Notes: generated by a model not told the origin, from the sequence alone. Positions 1-9,711 are shown, numbered from the stretch's first letter. The stretch is DNA of 43,361 nt from a virus (IMGVR_UViG_3300031519_000054:1-43361); one strand, 5' to 3'. A program made the numbers and translations.

Positions 1-1
1 T

Positions 2-487
2 CTGTGTTGTTAAATTTACTTGTACTTCTTTTGCTCCGTTCTTTAAGTGAAACTTCCTTGCCATGTCAGTTATTGGTGATAGTGTGACCAATCTATTCAA
101 GTGGCTTGATTCTTTGATCATCTTGTATACTTCGTTCACTATGTGTTTTCCACCGCCTTTCTTCTTGGCCCAGACTGTGTATGCTATTGCTATTGATCCT
201 TGCACTCCTGCTCTGTGTGTGGCCTGCATGGCCGCATCTTTGCTCAGTGTGTCCATCTCTTCAATACTGGTTGGAATATCATTTGTGAATGCGAAACACA
301 TCACTGCGGCGATGTCACCATCTTCGTCCTTGATTCCATATATCTTCCTGCCGTATGCTTGTCTAAACTCCAGACTCAATTCCGGTCTCACAGGATCTTC
401 CGAGACTTCTATGTACGGCATCTCCACAAGTTCAAACTTGGGTGCTTTTGCAAACACCTCCTTGATACGTTTCTTTATCTGTTCCAT
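2..487 (-). CDS. GNAT-fold protein resembling the malonyl-CoA decarboxylase catalytic domain; 3' end runs off the window; absent from ORF track
   Basis: Hand translation from ATG at 487, open to the window edge: MEQIKKRIKEVF...RKIYGIKDEDGDIAAVMCFAFTNDIPTSIEE...IAIAYTVWAKKKGGGKHIVNEVYKMIKESSHLNRLVTLSPITDMARKFHLKNGAKEVQVNLTTQ. KKKGGG resembles the GNAT acyl-CoA loop, ARKFHLKNG resembles GNAT motif B, and TLSPI resembles the MCD motif. Starts 1 nt after the upstream stop. Confidence 0.7.
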   Translation of the reverse strand, partial: MEQIKKRIKEVFAKAPKFELVEMPYIEVSEDPVRPELSLEFRQAYGRKIYGIKDEDGDIAAVMCFAFTNDIPTSIEEMDTLSKDAAMQATHRAGVQGSIAIAYTVWAKKKGGGKHIVNEVYKMIKESSHLNRLVTLSPITDMARKFHLKNGAKEVQVNLTTQ

Positions 488-488
488 T

Positions 489-593
489 TTATTTGTATAT
501 GAATGGGTCTTTTTTCTTCAGTTCCTTCAGTCTCTTACGATAAGCAAGTTCCTGTTTGATCTTGTTGATGATCTTCTTTATCCATGTGAACAT
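489..593 (-). CDS. 34-aa strongly basic small protein; absent from ORF track
   Basis: MFTWIKKIINKIKQELAYRKRLKELKKKDPFIYK*. Shine-Dalgarno AGGAGT (600-605) lies 6 nt upstream of the ATG, and the ORF fills the gap between its neighbours. Confidence 0.8.
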   Translation of the reverse strand: MFTWIKKIINKIKQELAYRKRLKELKKKDPFIYK

Positions 594-612
594 TATTTTA
601 CTCCTATTATTT

Positions 613-1443
613 TCAAGAAAAAAATTTTCCTGATATTTTTTTATACTGCGGTAATATTAATTTTACAGCATCTTCATGGGCCGCGTCAAGTGGATGTGTC
701 GTGCCACGTTCATATTCTTCCATTTCTGCCCATTGGTTGAAGCCCATCATCCGTTCACCAAAGCTGAACCATTTGGTAAAATCTATCTCACTATGCAGTG
801 CAGTCATAAATGGATCCTGATCCTTGTGTTGAGTAAAATCTCGGTAAAACACACTGTTATCAGCCAGTGTGAAGAAGTATTTTATCCCCCTCCTCTCTAG
901 TATGTTCTGTAACCATATGATTGATTTCCAACTCAGATATGTTTCATGATATTCGTTGGCCGCATGCTTGTATATTGCTTCCGCAAAAGAGTTAACTCCG
1001 GTCTTTATCATTGATGCTTGTCTTCTTTTCCACTGGTACTGTTGTACCTCTGACCCTGCTATGGCATTGTGTCTTTCCTCATCTGCCATGTTTGTGTCCC
1101 AGGGTGATATTGTCGCCCAACGTGTATCCTCTAGATCCGGATGCCTGGGCATGGCCCAATCGTATCTCGAATTGAAACTCCACATGACCACCACTGCCTC
1201 AACACCATCATTCCGTCCCTCTTGAGTTGGCGGCAGTGCATTGAAAACTCTACGGGCTATTCCGGAATTTCCTGTACCCGGATGGGCAGTTGAGACAAAG
1301 TCAACGTCGGCACCTGGATACCGTGACTGTTCAAACAGCCGATACGCCCATGACTTCTTTGACGGGACCTTGCCGTCCACATCGTCACTCAGTTCATGTC
1401 CAAATGTGAAACTGCAACCGCCTGCTATAAATTTTTTAACCAT
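613..1443 (-). CDS. SGNH/GDSL-like hydrolase or acyltransferase fold protein
   Basis: N-terminal GGCSFTFG (GDS-like block I), GTGNSGIARR (block II-like), VVVMWS and C-terminal THPLDAAH. Overlaps the upstream gene's stop. Confidence 0.65.
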   Translation of the reverse strand: MVKKFIAGGCSFTFGHELSDDVDGKVPSKKSWAYRLFEQSRYPGADVDFVSTAHPGTGNSGIARRVFNALPPTQEGRNDGVEAVVVMWSFNSRYDWAMPRHPDLEDTRWATISPWDTNMADEERHNAIAGSEVQQYQWKRRQASMIKTGVNSFAEAIYKHAANEYHETYLSWKSIIWLQNILERRGIKYFFTLADNSVFYRDFTQHKDQDPFMTALHSEIDFTKWFSFGERMMGFNQWAEMEEYERGTTHPLDAAHEDAVKLILPQYKKISGKFFS

Positions 1444-2602
1444 ATATCCCCAGTACGTTATTTAAAAGAGGAAACACATCGCCAAAATTTTCTTTCCTGT
1501 ATGCATCAGTCTGCAGTATCCTTGCTTTCCTCTGTTCACGCATGTCGGCCGTGTCCCTGTCAGCGGCGTTCATGAACCTCAGTGTGGGCTGGAAGTCCGT
1601 GAGCATGCCGTACCTCATGTTGACTATGTCCTTGACCTGTTTGGGCAGTGTCTGTACGTTGAAGTAGTCCGGATCAAAACAGGTGTTCACGTAGAAGAAC
1701 CTGGGCTGGAACTGTGCCACCCACAATGCAATCTTAGCCCAACTGAATACGTTGAATATGCTCACCGTTGTGCATATCTGGAAGTCCATATTATCTGTCT
1801 TTCGTTCCTTGAACTTGATGAGATTGGCATTCACTTCCCTCCAGTTCGCAGGGTGTCTCTGGTACTCGAACTGTTCCCCTACATCGTCTATGCTAAATGC
1901 TATCTCCACGTGTTTGAAACACGACCACAGGTCAAATATCTCCTGTGGTGGTAGCTGTGTGCCATTAGTATTGTAGTGGATATCAATGTTCTTGGCATAG
2001 CCCTTCTCCACGCAGTGCATCAGTATCTTGAAGTGGTCCTTTATCATGAACGGCTCGCCACCTGTGAATTCAAAGTATTCTACATGTTTCAGATCCTCCT
2101 TTAGGTCCTCAAAGAACTGTGGGTTCTTCTTGGGCCATCCGCCCTCACGTAGATTTTTCAGTGCAACTGGATTCTCTCCATAGTCAAGTTCTTCCTGTGC
2201 CCATTTAGAGGAACTCCACGATCCACATATCCTACACTTTAGATTACACACGTTGCCTAACTTAAAGTCTATAAATTTTAGCGTTGGCTCGCTGTTAGGT
2301 GTCCAGTCTAGTAAACTTTTCTTCATTTTGTATAACGAGTTTTGTCTTTTAGAAATTTTACCTGCATCTTCTTCCTGCCAACAGCTCTGACAACCCTCGG
2401 GACGTTCGCCATTCCTGAACTGTGTCCTCAGGTCTGCCATATATTCCGTTTGCTGTATTGAAGTTAAACTTTGTTCATACACTTTAACTCCAGGTACACT
2501 ACCCTTGTATAGACAGCAAGGCGATGCACCACCGTTCACATCAACTTCCAGATGAGTCCATGGCAACGGACACACATTTGATTTTATATACTTGTCCACC
2601 AT
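1436..2602 (-). CDS. Radical SAM protein with N-terminal twitch (half-SPASM) domain
   Basis: CNLKCRIC (CxxxCxxC), TGGEP and YNTNG motifs. N-terminal CPLPW...PCC...CQSC auxiliary Fe-S motif. Confidence 0.9.
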   Translation of the reverse strand: MVDKYIKSNVCPLPWTHLEVDVNGGASPCCLYKGSVPGVKVYEQSLTSIQQTEYMADLRTQFRNGERPEGCQSCWQEEDAGKISKRQNSLYKMKKSLLDWTPNSEPTLKFIDFKLGNVCNLKCRICGSWSSSKWAQEELDYGENPVALKNLREGGWPKKNPQFFEDLKEDLKHVEYFEFTGGEPFMIKDHFKILMHCVEKGYAKNIDIHYNTNGTQLPPQEIFDLWSCFKHVEIAFSIDDVGEQFEYQRHPANWREVNANLIKFKERKTDNMDFQICTTVSIFNVFSWAKIALWVAQFQPRFFYVNTCFDPDYFNVQTLPKQVKDIVNMRYGMLTDFQPTLRFMNAADRDTADMREQRKARILQTDAYRKENFGDVFPLLNNVLGIYG

Positions 2603-3867
2603 TCCAATACCCTTTCGTCTCTGCTTAATATTTTTGTTATATCCTGTCTTCTGATCTTGTCAATGCTTTCTTGTCTTTGTTTTCCTTTTTTAGTTGCCGT
2701 AAAGGTTTCTCTTTTCTTTAAATTCTTTATCACTTCTATTAATGCTTTTTGTTTCCTTGTAGCAAGAGGTTCCATGTATGCTAGTGCTTCGTCTATGAGA
2801 GTGTGCAGTAGTTCTTTTGGCAGTGCAAGTGGACTTAGGATCTCATCATTACTAAAGGTAAACATGACCTTTGTTAGTATTTCTGTGTCTAGCTCTCGAC
2901 TTAGATCAAACATGTTTTTAAGTTCTAATAAACCAGGCATTGTTATTGTGTAGTCTAATCTCATCTCCCTGGAGGTCTTTGACACTGCCATTCCTTCTTT
3001 GAAATTACGTAACCACTGTTCATAGTTCAATCCGTCCCTGATGTATTCTCCTACCTCTCCTGTTCCGTCTAGTGATGAACATACCTGCCAATCCTGAAAC
3101 TCCGGCAGTAAATCAAACAGTTTGATTCCCTTCATGGATGTTCTACTTAAATTTGTGTTATATCTAACATATACTTCTTTTGCAAATCCTAGTTCTATTA
3201 TCCTCTGCATAGCCTTCCAATGCATATCCCACATTAAAGGTTCTCCGCCACACCAGTATATTTCTTTTATTGTCTTTGTTTCTACCGCATCCACAAATTC
3301 TTGCACAACCTGTGTGTCTTGGAATTTTATAATTTGTTCTCTTAACGGTGATGCCATCCATGGCTGTGACTCTTTACTCCATGTCTTGTTTTTTCTAGTT
3401 TCGGCTTCCCAACTAGAACTTAACATATCCCCACACATCCTGCATTTAAAGTTACACAGATTGTTGAACCTATAATCAAAACTGATTGTCTGCATTGTGG
3501 TCGCCCCTGTTTCGTCTGTTGTCGTGAATGCTTCGTCTACTCTGTCGCTGAACAGATTATTCCAGTATGATCTATACACATCTGTGTTTAACAACTTGTG
3601 ATCACATACCTCACACTCCGATAGTTCCTCCCCTGCCATCATACGCAGTCTGACAGATTTCATATGATCTGAATTCCAATGTTCTTTCAGTGTCAGTGGC
3701 TTGTACTCGTTAGCATCATTGCCTGTGTCTATGTACTGCTTGAAACTCTGTGCAGGTTCTCTCGATGCACAACACAATCGTCTCTCTGTCTGTGGCGAAA
3801 GATACGTGTGTGTCCATGGTGCCATGCAGAACGTCTTGTTACCCTCGCTTGGCTTAATCTTTTTCAT
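2584..3867 (-). CDS. Radical SAM protein with N-terminal twitch domain
   Basis: CNFKCRMC, CGGEP and YNTN motifs. N-terminal CMAPW...LCC...CEVC. Confidence 0.9.
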   Translation of the reverse strand: MKKIKPSEGNKTFCMAPWTHTYLSPQTERRLCCASREPAQSFKQYIDTGNDANEYKPLTLKEHWNSDHMKSVRLRMMAGEELSECEVCDHKLLNTDVYRSYWNNLFSDRVDEAFTTTDETGATTMQTISFDYRFNNLCNFKCRMCGDMLSSSWEAETRKNKTWSKESQPWMASPLREQIIKFQDTQVVQEFVDAVETKTIKEIYWCGGEPLMWDMHWKAMQRIIELGFAKEVYVRYNTNLSRTSMKGIKLFDLLPEFQDWQVCSSLDGTGEVGEYIRDGLNYEQWLRNFKEGMAVSKTSREMRLDYTITMPGLLELKNMFDLSRELDTEILTKVMFTFSNDEILSPLALPKELLHTLIDEALAYMEPLATRKQKALIEVIKNLKKRETFTATKKGKQRQESIDKIRRQDITKILSRDERVLEWWTSI

Positions 3868-5137
3868 ACAACTCCGTCAGTTCAGGAAATGCTTCTAAAA
3901 TGTTTTCGTCTCTGATGTCGTCTATACGTTTCATGCTGTCCTTGAACTGTTGTAGGTCTTTGGAATTATCTCTTCTCATCATGTAATCCAGCCCTGCTTC
4001 AAATCCTTTTGTAGCTCTAGTTAACTGATCCAAGGGACGCAACCATTCTATGTGTTTCTCGTATTTCTCTTTTATCTGTTGTTTGAATGAGTCTGGCAAT
4101 AGGTCTATACGTTGCCCATATGGATATTGTAATAGATTAAAATTGAAATCTTGCGGTTTCAACAATCCTTGGTCTACCCAACTTCTATGAAAATCTACTA
4201 TGTGTAATGCATTGATAAGTCCCACTGTGCTTGATATGTAGAAATCAACTTTTGGACAAACTTCAAGCATACGTTTCCTGTTTGCTACGATGTCTTTCCA
4301 CACAGTTCCTTTACGCATGAATTCTCCCCTAACACCTTCTGCGTCTAAACTTGCACCAATCGAAACTGAATCAAATTTGTTCCAAAGTTCTAGCACATCC
4401 ATGTCCTTGAACTTTAGCTTTGTGAAGTTCGTATTGTATATCAATCTCACATGATACATTTTACGTCTGTCCAGTTCTTTCAATATCCTATAATGTTCTT
4501 CCATTATAAGTGGTTCGCCGCCTGCGAAGTAGAACTGCTCTACGTGTTCGAACTGTTCCAGCATCTGTTCCCATATGTCGTTACTGCTCCTGCCTACTCG
4601 CATAATCTTTGCATGTTCAGGTGGTTTGCCTGTAAGTTTTTTATGGTCCTCATACCAGTTCGAACTGAACCATGTACCACAACTCCTACAAGCGAGGTTA
4701 CATAGGTTACTGAATCTTATATCCCAATACTTTATCACGAAATCCGCACTTCCGTCTGCCTGTGTGTTCTCTACCATGCCAATGTTGTGGCCAAAGTGTT
4801 TGTTCGAACTCAAACGCAGTGAGAAGAAGCCTGACTTCTCTTGGTCATAACATTTATTACACTGTTTACTTGGTTTGTTTGCCAACATGTTCAGACGCAT
4901 CTGCTTCATGTCTGTGCCATTGAAAACTGTTTCCATGGAATCTTTGTTTAGATCACCAACAGGGTATCTGTCCAATGCGAAACAACAGGGATATGCCCTT
5001 CCATCCGGAAATGCATGTATGTGTTGCCACGGCAACATACAGAACGTATCACTCTTGATCAACAACTCCTCTTCCTTGGGAGTCATGTCTTTGATCTTTA
5101 GTTTCTCGGGCTCTTTGGCCCCATACTCATATGCCAC
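3854..5137 (-). CDS. Radical SAM protein with N-terminal twitch domain
   Basis: CNLACRSC, AGGEP and YNTN motifs. N-terminal CMLPW...PCC...CNKC. Confidence 0.9.
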   Translation of the reverse strand: MAYEYGAKEPEKLKIKDMTPKEEELLIKSDTFCMLPWQHIHAFPDGRAYPCCFALDRYPVGDLNKDSMETVFNGTDMKQMRLNMLANKPSKQCNKCYDQEKSGFFSLRLSSNKHFGHNIGMVENTQADGSADFVIKYWDIRFSNLCNLACRSCGTWFSSNWYEDHKKLTGKPPEHAKIMRVGRSSNDIWEQMLEQFEHVEQFYFAGGEPLIMEEHYRILKELDRRKMYHVRLIYNTNFTKLKFKDMDVLELWNKFDSVSIGASLDAEGVRGEFMRKGTVWKDIVANRKRMLEVCPKVDFYISSTVGLINALHIVDFHRSWVDQGLLKPQDFNFNLLQYPYGQRIDLLPDSFKQQIKEKYEKHIEWLRPLDQLTRATKGFEAGLDYMMRRDNSKDLQQFKDSMKRIDDIRDENILEAFPELTELYEKD

Positions 5138-6470
5138 GATACCATTCTCCTATTATTGGAAAAGTCTTTTCAAAATCTTTTCCGTTTCTTTTATCGTATT
5201 GACTGTAAAATGTCTTGAAATCTTTTTGTAGTTTACTCTGTTCGGCCGCACCTGCATGTGGTGTTTTAACAACATCTAGATAGTCGATCAATCTTTGTGT
5301 TTGATTCACCTCCATGTGTTCTAAGTGCTTCACATTGTTATTTAAAAACTTCTGCATGTCACCCTTAAATTTATTTCTCAGGTCATCCGGTAACACGAGC
5401 GGTGATTGGAAGCTCGGGAATCTCAGTATGTTCAGTGTGTAATTAAGTGTCGGTCCATAAACCTTACTTGCACTCTTGAACCATACCATCTTCTCTAGGA
5501 ATTCCGGCAACGACTCTAGACACAGTGCATTGATTGTACACATGTTGTGTATCTCTGACGGGACTTTATCCACCATCATGTGTAATAGGTTCGAGAACCA
5601 TTCGCCGTATTCTAATCCATCCCTGATGTACTCTGCCTGTCTAAATGTTGCTTCACAACTAGTGTACAAATGGAAGTTTTTAAATCCTTTTAGTTTTTTC
5701 TTGAATCTATCTATGATGCTCTGTTTTGCACCTAGGTTAGAATTGATTGCAATACGCATGTCGGGATTCATCCTGTCGCCCTGTGTTTCAATCCAGTCTA
5801 ATAATTTCCACAGGTTGGGACTCATCATGGGTTCCCCACCCGTGATCCTTAACTCGTCTAGGCTCTTGTGTAGATCCGTTTCCCACCATTTGTAGAATGC
5901 TTCAACATAAGGATTTGTTTCATCTTTCTTGTATGGCTCAGCCGAATCATGTGGATGGGTGAAATGATTACGCCCATCTGTAGTCATGCCTGTGTACGGT
6001 CCTTGCCTCTTGATATTATTTGCCCATGTAGAGCTGAATGCAGGATTACAGTATGTACAAGCAAAGTTGCAGGTCCTGTCGAATGCTATCTCCAGTGTTT
6101 TTAGATTCACATCTGTATTGTAATCAGTTTTATGTGCAGTGTCCAAATCTTCATTTGTAAATATTTTTGATTTATAAACCCTATCACTGATGTTGTCCCT
6201 GTCTATGTCCTCTATCTTCCAACAGTATTCACAGCCCTTTGGTCTGTCTCCACACTGCATCTGTTTACGTTCTTCTTTCTTCTGCACCGTGTTGTGTATT
6301 GCACTAGGATTGGTCTTGATCGCTTCCAGATCAATCTTGTGTGGCAACGGATGGTGACAGCTCGTGGTCATTCCACTGCCCAACCATATGGTCGCATTGT
6401 ACCATTTAGCTCCGCAGAAACTTGCAGACTTCGTGTCTAGTATTTGTTTTTTATATTCAAGATCTTCCAT
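5127..6470 (-). CDS. Radical SAM protein with N-terminal twitch-like domain (CxH subtype)
   Basis: CNFACTYC, TGGEP and INSN motifs. N-terminal CGAKW...SCHHP...CEYCW. Confidence 0.9.
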   Translation of the reverse strand: MEDLEYKKQILDTKSASFCGAKWYNATIWLGSGMTTSCHHPLPHKIDLEAIKTNPSAIHNTVQKKEERKQMQCGDRPKGCEYCWKIEDIDRDNISDRVYKSKIFTNEDLDTAHKTDYNTDVNLKTLEIAFDRTCNFACTYCNPAFSSTWANNIKRQGPYTGMTTDGRNHFTHPHDSAEPYKKDETNPYVEAFYKWWETDLHKSLDELRITGGEPMMSPNLWKLLDWIETQGDRMNPDMRIAINSNLGAKQSIIDRFKKKLKGFKNFHLYTSCEATFRQAEYIRDGLEYGEWFSNLLHMMVDKVPSEIHNMCTINALCLESLPEFLEKMVWFKSASKVYGPTLNYTLNILRFPSFQSPLVLPDDLRNKFKGDMQKFLNNNVKHLEHMEVNQTQRLIDYLDVVKTPHAGAAEQSKLQKDFKTFYSQYDKRNGKDFEKTFPIIGEWYRGI

Positions 6471-7171
6471 TCTTTCAATTTCCTGTATTCCTCTTCTGAT
6501 GTTTCAATATCACTTTCAAACATTATGTCTTTCACCCAATGATAGTGTGTAAGTGGCAAAGGGTGTTGATCACTTGCTTCAGCAAATTCATCCGGATATA
6601 ATTCATGTGCAAATTCCCACATACCTAATTTGTCTTTGTAAAACTTAAAATTTGTCCAATCAATCTGCTTGTATAATGCATTCTCAGAAGGTGATAAGTG
6701 CTCGTGCTGTAATACATCTGCTTTGTATACCATCATTGTGTATTTTACATTGTGTTTCTCCAAAAACATCTGTGTGTACAATATCCTTTCCAGTGTCCTG
6801 TACCAATTGTGTCTTTCATTCAAGAAGTGTTTTTGATATTCCTTGTGTTTTTCTATGTCTGGATGTCCTCCGAACCATACACACCATTCGAAGTCTGGAT
6901 CAAATCTCGAATATGTTGCAAGTTCATGATCTAGCTTTTCTTCCTTGTCACGTATTACTTCGTACCTGTCAGATCCCGACCACATGATGTACATATGTTC
7001 TATGTTTTTATGTTTCATCACACTGTTTACAACTCCCCTTGCAATAGTCTCGTTTCCACTGGCACTGAATCCGTTATTGTGCACCTCGGCATCCGTAAAC
7101 CATTTCACAAAGTTTGGCCAACAAGCCCATTTGTATCTTGTGAAACTACATCCATGACAAATTATACTCAT
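6437..7171 (-). CDS. SGNH/GDSL-like fold protein
   Basis: HGCSFT, ASGNETIAR, IMWSG and C-terminal DQHPLPLTH; same motif layout as 613..1443. Start moved from 7183 to the ATG at 7171, which gives an ATGA overlap with the upstream TGA stop. Confidence 0.65.
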   Translation of the reverse strand: MSIICHGCSFTRYKWACWPNFVKWFTDAEVHNNGFSASGNETIARGVVNSVMKHKNIEHMYIMWSGSDRYEVIRDKEEKLDHELATYSRFDPDFEWCVWFGGHPDIEKHKEYQKHFLNERHNWYRTLERILYTQMFLEKHNVKYTMMVYKADVLQHEHLSPSENALYKQIDWTNFKFYKDKLGMWEFAHELYPDEFAEASDQHPLPLTHYHWVKDIMFESDIETSEEEYRKLKEWKILNIKNKY

Positions 7172-8538
7172 GTGTTCTTGCACTCCGTGTAAAATTCTTC
7201 CATCTCGGGGAAGGTGTTTAAGAAGTTTGTTCCACGTCTTCGATCGTGTTCGTTAAAAAATGCGTAGAAGTTTTTTTTGTTTTGTGTACTTGCGTCCGCA
7301 TTTTCTCGCCAGTGTGCTAGATTGCGTTGCATTTTTTGAATCTCAAAGTCCTTGAATATGTGTAGCCCGTTTTCCTCTCCGGAGTTGGCCTGCATGTATT
7401 TTATGTTGTCCTCGTGTATGCCCTGGTATGACTCTGGTAGCAGTGTTATCTGTTGCCATGCGGGTTGTCTCAGCAGTGGCACGTCGAACCATACCCTCTG
7501 ATACGTCTTGCTGTACTTTGTACGCAGTTCCATTATCTTCTCCAGCAGTTTGTCCATGCTGGTTATACTCAGGTTGTTGTATGTGCATATGAACGTTATC
7601 GAGTTACGCACAGGTATACGCTCCAGGAACTCCTCCACGTTGTCCATCATGTAGTTGAAGTCCAGTCCGTTACGTATGTACTCTGCCTGTTTGCCCCATG
7701 CATCCACGCTGACGAACTGCATCAGGTGTTCCACTTTCTCCTCCATGCATATGTGCTTGGCCATGTTGAAGTACTTGTCCTTCAGCTTCTTGTCCGCGGG
7801 ACACATGTTCGATGTCACGTTCAGGTGCAGGTCCTTCTTGGGATGGTCTATTATGTACTGGAATACCTTGTAGGTGTTGACGTCCATCATGGGTTCTCCG
7901 CCCGTCATACGGAAATGCTTCAAATTCTTGTACAGTGTGGGCCACCATTTCCAGAAAGCAGTCACGTATGGATTGTCCTCCCTGTTGGGTATGGGCTTGC
8001 GCCTGCCCTGGAAGTGTTCTGGTGCGTTGTGGGGAGGAGACGTGGGATATTGGCCATACCTGTCAATCTCCTTGCCCCACGTTGTTGAGAACTGTGGCGA
8101 ACAGTAACTACACTTTAGATTACAAGCGTTGTTGAAGTTCACTTCCACGTACCTCGGTGTCCAATGTTCGTCTATTGGATTCTTTCTAATATCCTCGAAG
8201 TCCTGCATGGCCCATGGTTCACCGGATCTGTAGTGCCTGTCTGACATCTCCCCGGTCTTCTCCATGTTCCAACAGTATGAACAACCCTCGGGCTGTTCTC
8301 CTTGGAGCATCTGTTGTCGTTGATTCAGTTTCTCTGCTGTGTTGTGCAGTGCGGCAGGATTCAGTTTGACTGCGTCTGCGTCTATCTCATGCAGTGGTGG
8401 ATGGTAGCACGAGTTGGTCAGTCCCGTGGGCAGATGCAGTGATGTCTGGTTCCACTTGGCCAGGCACATCGTGGGTGACACTTCTGCCAATTTGTCCTTG
8501 GCCTTCAGTGCGTCCTGTTTGTAATCACTAGTACTCAC
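7168..8538 (-). CDS. Radical SAM protein with N-terminal twitch-like domain (CxH subtype)
   Basis: CNLKCSYC, TGGEP and VTSN motifs. N-terminal CLAKW...SCYHP...CSYCW. Clear paralog of 5127..6470 (both have NPYVxAFxKWW). Confidence 0.9.
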   Translation of the reverse strand: MSTSDYKQDALKAKDKLAEVSPTMCLAKWNQTSLHLPTGLTNSCYHPPLHEIDADAVKLNPAALHNTAEKLNQRQQMLQGEQPEGCSYCWNMEKTGEMSDRHYRSGEPWAMQDFEDIRKNPIDEHWTPRYVEVNFNNACNLKCSYCSPQFSTTWGKEIDRYGQYPTSPPHNAPEHFQGRRKPIPNREDNPYVTAFWKWWPTLYKNLKHFRMTGGEPMMDVNTYKVFQYIIDHPKKDLHLNVTSNMCPADKKLKDKYFNMAKHICMEEKVEHLMQFVSVDAWGKQAEYIRNGLDFNYMMDNVEEFLERIPVRNSITFICTYNNLSITSMDKLLEKIMELRTKYSKTYQRVWFDVPLLRQPAWQQITLLPESYQGIHEDNIKYMQANSGEENGLHIFKDFEIQKMQRNLAHWRENADASTQNKKNFYAFFNEHDRRRGTNFLNTFPEMEEFYTECKNT

Positions 8539-9430
8539 GATCTTGTACTCCCTTGTTCCTGTGTTGTGGCATCACAAACCTATAGAACTTGCTGTCGTCT
8601 TCAGAGTATTCTGCAATCGGTATGTCCAGTTGTTGTCTTAGACTGTTTCCAAACATTTGTAACTCCTCATCGATGTTGCCATTTTCTACTGCCAATTCTG
8701 CAAAATATTTTTCTAGTTCAGTTAAATCACTGATCCTAAAAAATTCATTGCTTGGTTCTATCACAGTGTAGAAACAACCCATCCTTGCACCCAGCATGGC
8801 ATATTTTCCATTGTCAATGTCTGCACCTATTGTGCACCATGTACTCAATATATTGAGGTTGTTCTTCCATATAGATTTATTGTAATTTTTTGCTGTAATA
8901 GGTTTGCCTTTTTCTGTGCTCATCTTGACGCCTTCCCTGTAACCTGCTATGAAGGCCTGTTGTGAAGTTGCATTGATGACTGTGGTTGAATAACAGTTGT
9001 GTAGATTTTCATGAGGCATTCCCCAACAGAAATCCATTCTATTTTCTTCTGTTTCTGCATTTTCGTGTGTCTTCATGTTTAGGCAGGTGTCCTTTGACCA
9101 TCCCACTAGACCACCATTGCCATAAACCAGTCCGTTGATGTTGTTCTTGGCCCTCCATCTGTGTACTGCTTTCTTGTTTGTCTTTGACCAATCCAATGTC
9201 TGCAGTAAGAAACCCTCATCTATGATATTATCCCCATCCACACTTATGAAGAAATCTGTCTCTGCTGTCTCGGCCGCGGCCTTGTGTGCAGAATCAAAAC
9301 CCTTTACACCATCAACACGCTTCGCCCATGGCACCTTGTTCTTGAGGTCTGCCCAGTTCTGTTCCTTGTTGGGTTCAGCGTAACTGATGTACACGAAATC
9401 TAGATCACTTATTCTGATTCTCTCTGCCAT
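8528..9430 (-). CDS. GT-A fold (GT2-like) glycosyltransferase
   Basis: N-terminal VYISYAEP, GVKGFDSAHKAAA helix and FFISVDGDN (DxD motif at the end of a hydrophobic strand). Confidence 0.7.
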   Translation of the reverse strand: MAERIRISDLDFVYISYAEPNKEQNWADLKNKVPWAKRVDGVKGFDSAHKAAAETAETDFFISVDGDNIIDEGFLLQTLDWSKTNKKAVHRWRAKNNINGLVYGNGGLVGWSKDTCLNMKTHENAETEENRMDFCWGMPHENLHNCYSTTVINATSQQAFIAGYREGVKMSTEKGKPITAKNYNKSIWKNNLNILSTWCTIGADIDNGKYAMLGARMGCFYTVIEPSNEFFRISDLTELEKYFAELAVENGNIDEELQMFGNSLRQQLDIPIAEYSEDDSKFYRFVMPQHRNKGVQDREY

Positions 9431-9711
9431 GTGACCCCTCCATCTATTATCTTGTTGGGCCAGTGTATATCCCCATCAAGGAAATCATATCCTCGAGTGT
9501 CTTTTTGCAGTGTTCTGTAAGTTGTTTTATATGTTGGTTTTGGTTTGAGAACAAATTCGTTCCCTTGCCATATATAGGCATCGGCTCCGTGTCGTAGTAC
9601 CTCGAGACTTTTCTGTAGACTCACTTCAACAGTCTTGCCCTGTATGGTCACGAAATGTGTTTTCTTTGGTACTGGGGGTAAATCCTGTAGTGCTTTAAGA
9701 AGTTCTGACAT
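9409..9711 (-). CDS. Hypothetical protein (100 aa)
   Basis: ATG start and overlaps both neighbours in the operon. No motif recognised. Confidence 0.75.
   Translation of the reverse strand: MSELLKALQDLPPVPKKTHFVTIQGKTVEVSLQKSLEVLRHGADAYIWQGNEFVLKPKPTYKTTYRTLQKDTRGYDFLDGDIHWPNKIIDGGVTWQRESE

Noticed and set aside
7340-8140. Apparently GC3-rich patch inside one radical SAM gene as a sign of recent acquisition
   Set aside because: This is an impression by eye only, and similar patches occur elsewhere (e.g. the hub and spike genes). It needs a computed GC3 profile before any claim.
1436-8538. Calling the radical SAM genes moaA, pqqE, nirJ or queE
   Set aside because: The domain order is inverted relative to those enzymes, and none of their pathway partners is in the window.
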